Assembly (NCBI RefSeq): GCF_006345805.1
Contig: NW_021827401.1
Span: 1 to 10,495 of the forward strand
Reading direction: 5' to 3'
Source: Octopus sinensis
Taxonomy: Eukaryota
Length of the DNA stretch: 10,495 nt
In this document: piece by piece, positions 1 through 8,440 of the stretch
Position numbering within the stretch: position 1 is the stretch's first letter
How the letters are laid out: every line of letters starts with the position of its first letter
Notes under the pieces: generated by a model
The model's database searches: none
Told to the model about the DNA's origin: nothing
What the model saw: only the letters and a program-made list of their open reading frames with translations
Translations under genes and position numbers: made by a program

Positions 1-205
1 CTACCAAACAATCAAGTGATTCAAATTATGGTGAAGGTTTATTTTTTCATAAATAAAGTGTTTGATTTCTTTTAATAAAGTAAACTTAAAGAAATATGAA
101 TACAAGTACTTTTCAGAACTAAAAGCCTTTCGAATATTGACATTTCCAAAACTCAATTACCCTCCTGCCAACAACAGAAATTTTACATTTATGAACATAA
201 ATTAA
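1..205 (+). CDS. Possible 3' end or short spliced ORF on the plus strand
   Basis: A GT..AG segment at 31-58 (28 nt; 37-58 is an alternative) joins LPNNQVIQIM to an open frame at 59-205 (CLISFNKVNLKKYEYKYFSELKAFRILTFPKLNYPPANNRNFTFMNIN-stop). No recognisable motif. Confidence 0.25.
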
Positions 206-384
206 CTATTTTCCATCATAAGATAAAAAACTACTAAAATTCCTTTTTATTTTTAAAACTCAATTCTCTCCGTTTTTTTCCAAGAAATTTTCTATCTGTG
301 CAAAATCTTTAGTAATTCAATCATATTTTTTCTTTTGTTTTGATACAAAAATTGTTTAATGAATGATATAGCATAAAATCAATT

Positions 385-641
385 TTATTTATCATTTTTA
401 GAGAGAATATCAGAAATTATGTCATCCACAATACTTGGGAGAGATGTACTGTTGTGGAATTGCTGATATAGTGAATTAGCAACCTGTAAAATAATTCGCG
501 TGCAAACTTACTATTCCTGCGTTGTGTGGATCAATTGGCCTCCTTGGTTTATTAATAAACATTTTAATATCTAAAATATATTTGTAGCCAAAAACTGTTT
601 AATCTCTCATCATTTTTATCTATAAAAAATCGACAATCCAT
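385..641 (-). CDS. Putative small spliced protein of unknown function, 67 aa, 3 exons
   Basis: ATG at 641-639. Introns 595-571 (25 nt, GTTTTT..TTTTAG) and 511-484 (28 nt, GTAAGT..TTTTACAG) join into one frame: MDCRFFIDKNDERLNNIKMFINKPRRPIDPHNAGIVANSLYQQFHNSTSLPSIVDDIISDILSKNDK, TAA at 387-385 with overlapping AATAAA. Intron sizes match the neighbouring gene. No homologue recognised. Confidence 0.5.
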
Positions 642-695
642 TAAACACTACAAGACACGAGAAATTATATATTATTTTAAATTAACTCATTTTTA

Positions 696-2028
696 TTATA
701 GATAATAGCACTCAATTTCAATTTTATCCACAATATATTGTGGCATACAGTAGATTGGATTGACCTTTTTAAGTCCCTCTTCCTCCAAAAGAGCTAGACC
801 TGCCAACCCGAATAATGTATGATAAGGATCAGGCTACAACTAGTCACAACACGACTCACAACATCCCCAGGAATGTCAGCAATGCCTCCTAGTTCTTCAT
901 CTTGAGAGGAAAGAATAAAATCACGGAGAGATCTCTACAAACCTTCATCCATCAGTCTACACCTTATCAATCCATTCCATTCGACCAATTATACTCAGAG
1001 ATGCCAATACCCACCAGGAATAACAAATATCCGGCATCTTCTCTGGCCTCCCTTGAATTAGTCAAAATCCCCCAACCATTCAGTCCCCCTGAAGGCAACT
1101 GTCGAGACTGCAGCCAAGAAGCCAATGAGCTTGTATCCACATGATGTAATCCCTTCAAAATGGCCAAAGTGGCTAAACAACAATAAATCTAATTATGTTA
1201 ATAAATTTATTACAATTAAAAAGTTATTTAAAAATAATTATTATTATAATATATAACCTGGCCTGAGTGTGACTCACTCCCGGGGAGAGATCCAAACCCT
1301 CCATCAAAGTTACGACAGGACAGGACGTAGTTTATAGTAGAAGACCTGTTGACCAGGTGTACCTTACCCTATATGTTTGTCAATATCAAAATGACAATCA
1401 ATGAAAGAGAGGCAACTCCGCAAAATGTTAGTCTTGTATCAGCTTCTCCTAAAAATTATAATATTAAATATATAGTTAATATATATAATTAAAAATAAAA
1501 TGTATTATATTAGGTACTCATGTGGTGCCTACCCCATTCGTCCCCACTAAAGCTGCCATCCTCACATTGAAGACTAGATACATATGAAGCAATAGCTTCA
1601 ATATCAAATAAATGAATTGAATCATATATAATTAATATCTATAATAACAAAACAGATAAACGACCTGTATTGCACTAAGAGTAGACAACAAGTGTGCTTC
1701 GTGGTCAGGATAAGGCGAGAACCCTCCCGATTTTTGAAAGCACGTGGTTATAAATTTGATTATTTCATTGCGAGGAATGGTTTCTAATTTGTCCATGAGA
1801 TCAAGAGCAGTTAAAGACCAATAAATTCCATTCATTCTAATAGATTGAGAGACATTATATTCCTAAAGGTATTTGTTGCAATGTGTTTACAAAATAATCG
1901 GTATCTCTTCCATATTCTGCTATGAAGTTTGTGTGTTTTTCGTAAAGAATTCTTTCGGGAATTTTATTTGGGAGTTTAATGTCTTTTCTCTCAAAAGCCT
2001 TAATCTTTTAATTGCAACAAAAAACCAT
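696..2028 (-). CDS. RABGGTB: Rab geranylgeranyltransferase type II beta subunit, complete, 10 exons, 330 aa
   Basis: Manual splicing on the minus strand. Exons: 2028-2026 (ATG only), 1998-1891, 1862-1665, 1638-1533, 1448-1396, 1368-1258, 1188-1077, 1051-963, 934-860, 833-696 (993 nt, ends TAA). All nine introns are GT..AG (27, 28, 26, 84, 27, 69, 25, 28, 26 nt) and give one uninterrupted frame. Motifs: [125 protein letters not shown]. The Zn-ligand positions (PDxC and DPxH) are intact. Track ORFs 1632-1835 and 967-1167 are partial exons read into introns. Confidence 0.97.
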
Positions 2029-2230
2029 TTTAATTATTAAAAATATATTTAAATTTTATATATTAATTTAAAAATATTATTAATAAATAAAGTGTTTAAA
2101 ATTTTTTTAGATATAAAAAATTTTAATCTTAATGGGATTAATCTAATATTTCGTCAAAAAAAATTTTAATTAAATATGGTTAATTTGTGTTATCGTAATT
2201 TGATTTATTTTATTAAATCAACCTCCTTCC
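2029..2230 (-). promoter_or_regulatory. Presumed RABGGTB promoter/5' UTR, very AT-rich
   Basis: This is the only non-TE sequence between the start codon and retrotransposon fragment A. The call is positional; no specific motif identified. Confidence 0.4.
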
Positions 2231-2731
2231 ATTAAGACTTACGTTCACTGCACGGATGGCCATATTTATGTCGACGCATGGTCTATATTTCGAGGATTCC
2301 CAAATATTGTTATCATTCAACCCATCGAGAGCAAGCTTTCATTGAAAAAGACTTTATATTTGTCCCACATTTTCAGCGTTTCTTTTCAACCAGCTAGGGC
2401 AAAAAACGATTCAATTTTTTACCATCAATTTCACTATGATGCAAAAAAGCTTTATATCGTCCATAAATAGGAGGTGGTTAGTGGGATATGTGGGTTTCCT
2501 CCTGCCCGAGTTTCTTATAATCACTTTCGCGAATTTTCCGTTAAGTATTTTGTCACATGCCCCGCTCGTTACCATTGCTCTAAATTTTTAAAATTTCAAT
2601 TTAAAATATTTAAATGATTGAAATATATTTACTTATTAATTTAAAAATTAATAATATTATGGATTTTTATTTTTTCAATGCTTAACCATTATCATTAAAA
2701 ACAATAAATTAAGCATGCTGTTTTATCTCAT

Positions 2732-2917
2732 GGTTATGGTTAGGGTATAGGTTAGGGTTAGGGTATAGGTTAGGGTTTGGGTGAAGGTTAGGGTTTGGGT
2801 GAAGGTTAGGGTTTGGGTGAAGGTTAGGGTTTGGGTGAAGGTTAGGGTTTGGGTGAAGGTTAGGGTTTGGGTGAAGGTTAGGGTGAAGGTTAGGGAATTG
2901 GTTGGGTTTAGGGTTTG
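2732..2917 (+). repeat. Interstitial telomere-like array of GGTTAG variants with an 18-bp higher-order unit
   Basis: Hexamer register from 2732: GGTTAT GGTTAG GGTATA GGTTAG GGTTAG GGTATA, then six perfect GGTTAGGGTTTGGGTGAA (2768-2875), then GGTTAG GGTGAA GGTTAG and a degenerate end. Eleven exact GGTTAG units lie in register. Confidence 0.95.
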
Positions 2918-3007
2918 AAAAAATTTAAAGTAGAATTTTCGAATGGAGATACAAAGATTGTTCACATGAAAAGAATCAAAAAAGGACAAATTTATTTTTC
3001 GTTTTAA
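2912..3007 (+). pseudogene. Remnant resembling the C-terminal (GPY/F-type) tail of a Gypsy/Ginger integrase
   Basis: Frame 2912-3007 reads GLKKFKVEFSNGDTKIVHMKRIKKGQIYFSF-stop. It fits the (Y/F)xVxxxxGxxxxVHxxxLK pattern that ends Gypsy/Ginger integrases. Short, motif-level recognition only. Confidence 0.5.
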
Positions 3008-4329
3008 ACTTCAGATCTATATATGATTTTAAACTAAAAAACTGGATAAAGTTTGAGTTTTTTATAAGAGATCTACAGATGATTTTAAACCTTTATCTTT
3101 TTACATTTCAAAAAATGTTTTAAATAAAACTAAAAACTGGTTAGAGTTAATTATAAAACTATCAAATTATGTGCCTTTAAAGCGTTTCACACAATTCACA
3201 TTTTTAAAATATGTTTTAATGTGCTTATCAGTCAAAATGGTTTGTTGTATAAAAATATTATTTTAATTTATTTGTTTTAAAGCATCTTTTAGTATATCAT
3301 TAAATTGTACTCTAATTAACCTAATATATAGGTTGAATTTTATGTCGTTGTGATTGATTATTAATTTTTCTAAAAAATTGAAAAATCATTAATCAATTAT
3401 TTCTCAGAAATAATTCGGAGGTAACGAGTGGGGCATAGTAATCCCTGAGGCATGTGACATATTTGGTTCAGAGGGTCCATTAACCACTCAAAAATCGGAG
3501 GTGAGAAAGAATCTCCTTGCGAAATACCTTCATTGATTTAACCTCTCATAATTTTCTGTATACCAGATTTAACTAATTTTCCATTTTGTGATAAGTTTCT
3601 GGATAAACACTACCATCTAACACGGGAGGCCAGGGTTTTGCAAGATTAAGAATTCGTAGTCTACCAAGTGAGTCAAATGCTTTCCTCACATCAATCCACA
3701 TAGCAAATTACTTATTATCATTTTGCTGGTTTATACACTAATTGAGATTGCCTGGTTTTTTTTCTGACACATTCTTCGTGTCTCAAATTGATTGTTACGG
3801 ATGTGGAAAGTGACATTATGTGGACGGAAAGTACACAAGAAAGTTGCTCAGGAAATCGAGTTCTTCAGGGGTGCGTCTGGTTTGCTGTTAAGAGTTCAGG
3901 TTAATCTGCTATGGAGTCAGTCCGATTAATTAATAGGTCGGTCATCTGCGATCGTCTTCGGAACCAGATAGGATTAATTTCTTTTGGAATATTTAAATTT
4001 ATTAATCTAATTTTTTATTAAGTATTTTAATCAATAAGTTATGCTTACAATTTCCTTGCTTAAGTACTAAATTTAGAATTTTTTTACAAATCGCTAATTT
4101 CCAAATTAGGCTTTATACTTTACTATAAAAAAAATGGTTTTCATTTTGTATATAACGATGTTATTTGATAAATAGCATTATTAGTTTCGACATTTAGTAA
4201 TTTCGAAATTATTAATTTGTATTGTTTCCTTTCATATTTATTCAAATGTTCTATCGTTCTCTATTTTGATATTATTTTATTTTCACTTTTTTTTAATTTT
4301 TAATATTTATTATAAATTTCTTTTTTTAA

Positions 4330-4790
4330 TTTTCTGATCCTCACAACATTTGAAAAGTACGGAATGCAACATCTTCGATTTAATAATCTTCATTAGATTC
4401 TTTTGTTGATTCTCCTTGATTATGTTTATATTCAATTCTGAAGGATCTTCAATATTGTATTTGAAGGTAAGAAATCTTTGAGATAGTGGCCATATGTGTT
4501 TTCTTTATTTTAAGACCCGCAAGATTCCAGACTTTCTGAGACACATTGTAGACTTTCTTTCAAGATCAGTCAAAAATTGGTATAACATGCATTCACTTTT
4601 ATGGACAATTGAATTAAGTCCTCTAACAAAGTTAGATCTGCTTATATATAATCTTTCCTTATTTGCAGGTTTCAGATGAACATGTAAATTAGATAGAATC
4701 CTTCGAACTTCGGTATCAATGGCTTGAAACTCGTGTTGCTCAATGTCAAGTAGTCCAAAACTCAATTATTAAAAGAAACAAAATTTAACT
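4330..4790 (-). mobile_element. Non-LTR retrotransposon copy B: post-RT (thumb/linker) fragment, truncated at both ends
   Basis: ORF 4505-4765 (HLKPANKERLYISRSNFVRGL) continues after a stop and frameshift as THMATI..FLTFKYNI..IIKENQQKNLMKIIKSKMLHSVLFKCC. Homologous to copy C (HLKPANKERLYLSRKSLGRGL, WHMATIAGFLASKY, KMLHSVLFKCM). Confidence 0.92.
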
Positions 4791-4803
4791 TAAGCTAGAC
4801 TAT

Positions 4804-7600
4804 TTAATTTAGATTCTCAGTCCCAATTATTGGAATCTCTCTCCTCCTTTTAGGAGAAGAGCTTGCAACCAGTTCCTCCTCACTCTCCCTCTCCCAGCCA
4901 GATAGATTTTCTATTTGTCTCATATTTTTCACCGGCGTGTCACGGCAGCATGCCACTTCTGCAAGCTGGTAAGCAGCAGAGGCGTATTCTTCGGCAGATA
5001 CTCTCACTCCATGTCTATGTTCAACTACCATGCTTTCCACGTTAACGCCGTCCCACGTCAAGACAACCGGGATAATCTTTACCTTTGCATCATAAAGTAT
5101 CGAAAGTTCGTTTGCGAGCAGATCTTATTTATGAAATTTCTCGATTTCGACTTGTTTGAAGCGATCTTGTGACGTGATGCCAACTTCGATTAAGGTTATC
5201 TCTTGTTTAGTTTTGTCATACACGAAGATATCTGGTTTGTTGGATTGAACTTTAGTTTCCGTCATGATTGACATATCGACTCTGATTTCAACATTCTGCG
5301 TCGATATTATGAACTGAACAGAATGAGTCTTTAATTTGCTTCCTCTCTTAATACCGTAGGTTCGACACAAATGAAGGTGAATGCAGTTCACAACTTCATT
5401 ATGTCTCCGCAGATAATCACTGTTTAACATCTTCCCACACTGCGTAGTCAAATGATCAATTGTTTTCTTGCATTTTTTGCAGTGACTGCATAAAGATCCC
5501 ATGGATGTGAAGAACAAATTCCTATCCTGCAAGAGACAGTACAATGCTTCACTCCGTGGGCCATTATTTCCTTTAGATAACCACTCTGAGGATGTGGCTA
5601 GATCAACATTTTGTTTGTCCATGCATTTAAAAAGAACCGAATGTAGCATTTTACAATTGATGTTCTTAAGCAAATATTTTCTTTGAGCATCTTTGATAAA
5701 CTCAACACCCAAATTCTCCATGTCGAGAATTGCATACTTGGAGGCAAGAAATCCTGCAATTGTGGCCATATGCCATTTATTTGTTTGTATCACACGCCGG
5801 ATTCCCGATCTCCGTAAGCATACTGTCGACTGTCTTTCTAAACTTTTCAGGAACTGGAAAAGTATCAGTTCACTTCTGAAAGAGACTGAAGCAAGTCCTC
5901 TCCCAAGAGATTTCCGACTTAAATATAACCTCTCTTTATTTGCAGGTTTGAGATGGAGTCTGAGAGTCGTAAGAAGTTGTCGTATTTGACGGTCAATACA
6001 ATCAAATTCATGAGGTTCAATATTAATAAGTCGGATGTAATAATTATATAGAGAAATGGCATATTCATTTACAGCGTGGAATAAATTTACCGCATTTAAT
6101 TTCGTCTATGAAAGGATGGTTATCCTTTCCTTTACATTTCCAATAATAGAATCCATTACTTTACTCTTAAGAACATTACTTCCTGCATCTTCAAGTACAC
6201 CCAAGTAGCGATATCCTATGACTCCTTCCAAAGTCTCACAACAAGATAACGATTTAACATTTGATGCTGACTTTTCTGAGTTCATCTCCAAGCCAACAGT
6301 TTTAAAGAATACATCAACAGCTTCCATCATTTTAATTACTATATCTTCTTTAAGAGCGAATATCTTTAGGTCGTCAATGAAGAACAAATGATTAGTAGAA
6401 TAGGTCAACATATTTGGGTCCTGTTGATTAATCTGAACCTTTGGAAACATGGCATTAAGAATCCTGCTTAATGGGTCCATCACCATAACAAACAGTTGCG
6501 GGGATAACGAGTCTCCTTGTAAAATCCCTCGGCTCAACTTTACAGAACCAATTCTCCTTCCGTCAACATGGAGCTTTACAGTCCACATTCGTACAGTCCT
6601 TTTCACAAAGTTAACAATCCATACAGGTATCCCAGAGCATTCCAACACATGAAATAGAAAGTCGTGGTTAACAGAATCGAAAGCCTTCTTGACATCAATC
6701 CATGTAGAGTATAGCCCATTTCCATACTCTTTATTTAGGCATTGGTTAATAAGGGCCTGTTCTTTAGCACCCTGACGCTGTCTCCTCGTAACAAGTTGAT
6801 TGTCGGAAATTAAGCCAAATACATCCATGAACTCAGACAGTTTTCCATTAACACACTTGGTAACTAACTTATAAAGTGTCGACATGCATGTTATAGGCCG
6901 TAAATCTTTCAGGGTCTCACAGTCGTTCTTTTTAGGAATTAGATATGTAATTCCAGTATAAAACCAGTTTTCTGGCATGTAATCACCGTTGATTATTTTG
7001 TTGATTTAAACACATAAGAATTCATGCAGAGATTCTAGTCTTTTAATGAAGAAATTATATATTCCGTCACACCCCGGTGCCTTCCAGTCAGGAAGATATT
7101 TAATGATCTCCATTATGTAATTATTTGATAAATCTGGCAACATGTCTTCACTGCCGGTTATTCTTTTACTAACATTGTCCAGTGACACGGATATTTCGCG
7201 CCTTTTGCTCCATACTTTTTCCCAGAACGACATGCACTCCTCATCGTCAAAAGAGTATGTTGTGACTTCATTACTCTCTGATAAGTTTCTGTAAAATCTT
7301 CTTCTGTTTAGTTCGAAGCAAACATTGTCCTTACGGAAGTCCTTCCTCGAGTTATATACAGCATTTTGTTTTTTCTTAACTCTGATTAGGTCATGTAGTA
7401 AGGATTCGATTCTCAAAAGCTCTCCTTTTTTCCTTTTTATATCCATAACGACATAGAATATCCATCACATTTTGTTTTTCACACTGTGGCAGAGCCTGTC
7501 TTACGTAACAATTTACAAGTTCTAGTTCTGCGGATAATTTTGAAATCTTCGCCTCGGTATTTCCCAACCATGTGGTCTGTGACTTAACTTTGAAAGTTTG
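4804..7600 (-). mobile_element. Non-LTR retrotransposon copy C: near-complete RT + CCHC knuckle + RLE ORF, pseudogenised
   Basis: Track ORFs 7006-7446, 6106-6978, 5125-5793 and 4804-5061 share one frame, broken only by single stops at 7008-7006 (TAA), 6108-6106 (TAG) and 5127-5125 (TAA). A frameshift near 7425-7445 links an upstream piece (KVKSQTTWLGNTEAKISKL, to about 7600). Motifs: WKAPGCDGI, LRPITC, WIDVKKAFDSV, GILQGDSLSP, FIDDLK, YRYLG, C-x2-C-x8-H-x4-C (CSHCKKCKKTIDHLTTQC), RHNEVV, KPDI..LIEVGIT..EKFHK. Confidence 0.96.
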
Positions 7601-7738
7601 TGGTATAATGATCGGGGCGAAATTTTTTATCGCAAGGATTCTGGAATTAATGATGTAAATCGTTACGTCATTTTTTGTTCGGATTATCAGGTTGACATTT
7701 TGAGAAAATCAGATGTCTGGGTTATTGATGGTACCTTC

Positions 7739-7889
7739 AAAAGCGTGTCTAATCAATTCAAACAAATGATTACAATACAAGGAAAATACTTAGGTAAATT
7801 CTGTGGAATTTCAAACAAATGATTTCAAATAAAAGCGTGCCTAATCAATTCAAACAAATGATTACAATACAAGGAAAATACTTAGGTAA
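7739..7889 (+). repeat. 59-bp direct duplication with a 33-nt spacer
   Basis: 7739-7797 and 7831-7889 are identical except T7748/C7840. The spacer holds a third partial copy TTCAAACAAATGATT (7810-7824). Confidence 0.95.
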
Positions 7890-8371
7890 TTGAAAAATTT
7901 TCTCTTGATGCGACAGGAAAAGAAAACAACCAACAAATAATGCATTTTTTGATTTATTTTAAAAAACAATTTATTGCTGACCCATCTTATGACGTCAGTT
8001 TTTGGAGTTGTTTTCATCGGGTATTAAAGTCAATGCCCAGGACGACCAATTCATTGGAAGGTTGGCATAAGCTGTTGAACAGTTCTTTTAACAGAGCGCA
8101 CTCAAATTTGGCAGCTTTTGTCAATGTTTTGGCCAGGTAAAAACAAAGACTTTTTGTGAAAATGACACAAATTAAGTCAGGAAAGTATCTTGAAGTGTCT
8201 GCGACAGACTGCAAAAAGGAACTTGAACTGAGAATAGCATGTGAAAATTTTCATGAATTTGAAGTAGATTGCTATTTTAAGCTAATTGATGGTTTGATTT
8301 GCTTTAAAAGTTCAGAATAAAAAGTAATTGTTTTAAAATTTTATTTTATTTACCCTTAAAATATTTTTCTT

Positions 8372-8440
8372 TGTAGACGAGTTGTCGCCAAATAAATTTA
8401 GGCGAGTTAGGGGACAACTCGTCTACAGGGGAGTTGTCGC
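8372..8440. repeat. Perfect 15-bp inverted repeat and GAGTTGTCGC subrepeats in the probable MULE right TIR
   Basis: TGTAGACGAGTTGTC (8372-8386) pairs with GACAACTCGTCTACA (8413-8427). GAGTTGTCGC occurs at 8379-8388 and 8431-8440. Confidence 0.85.

Larger units (their letters stand above)
2551..3459 (+). mobile_element. 909-bp non-autonomous TIR element with TGT..ACA ends and 5-bp TSD (Ginger-like; solo LTR less likely)
   Basis: Termini TGTCACATGCC (2551-2561) and GGCATGTGACA (3449-3459) are a perfect 11-bp inverted repeat. An inner IR ATGCCCCGCTCGTTACC (2557-2573) pairs with GGTAACGAGTGGGGCAT (3420-3436) at 16/17. TATTT flanks both sides (2546-2550, 3460-3464). Removing the element plus one TSD restores the RT frame MDPLNQILNGKF. 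Element boundaries are well supported; the superfamily call is tentative. Confidence 0.9.
2240..3792 (-). mobile_element. Non-LTR retrotransposon copy A: decayed RT domain split by the 2551-3459 insertion
   Basis: Minus-strand pieces, in order: NQFETRRMCQ; MWIDVRKAFDS; EGISQGDSFSPPIFEWLMDPLNQI, then the insertion, then LNGKFAKV..YPTNHLLFMDDIKLF; QYLGILE. Colinear with RT motifs of copy C (NQLVTRRQRQ, WIDVKKAFDS, GILQGDSLSP, MDPLSRILNAMFPKV, TNHLFFIDDLKIF, RYLGVLE). Many stops and frameshifts. Confidence 0.9.

Noticed and set aside
902-1144. 80-aa plus-strand ORF
   Set aside because: Antisense shadow of RABGGTB exons 7-9.
2768-2875. CRISPR-like array or a true chromosome end
   Set aside because: No spacers and a eukaryotic context; the tract is internal and enclosed by TIRs and a TSD.
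2723-2989. 88-aa minus-strand ORF with TLTFTQ repeats
   Set aside because: It is the translation of the C-rich strand of the telomere-like array, which lacks stops by composition; no coding evidence.
3793-3830. CYGCGK-stop-H as a gag zinc knuckle
   Set aside because: Spacing is wrong, there is a stop, the final Cys is missing and no gag context follows.
4180-4215. TTCGACATT/TTCGAAATT pair as TIR subrepeats
   Set aside because: Only two short units in AT-rich DNA, with no terminus or partner.
4494-6652. Plus-strand ORFs 4494-4679, 4863-5045, 4915-5172, 5501-5686, 5693-5989 and 6449-6652 as an antisense gene; two cover homologous regions of B and C
   Set aside because: Antisense frames of coding DNA are often open, and their mutual similarity follows from sense-strand conservation. 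No independent motif.
3793-7510. TGTTACG (3793) and CGTAACA (7504-7510) as ends of one large TG..CA element
   Set aside because: Flanks do not form a TSD (TTGAT versus ATTTA), and the right motif lies inside coding sequence of copy C.
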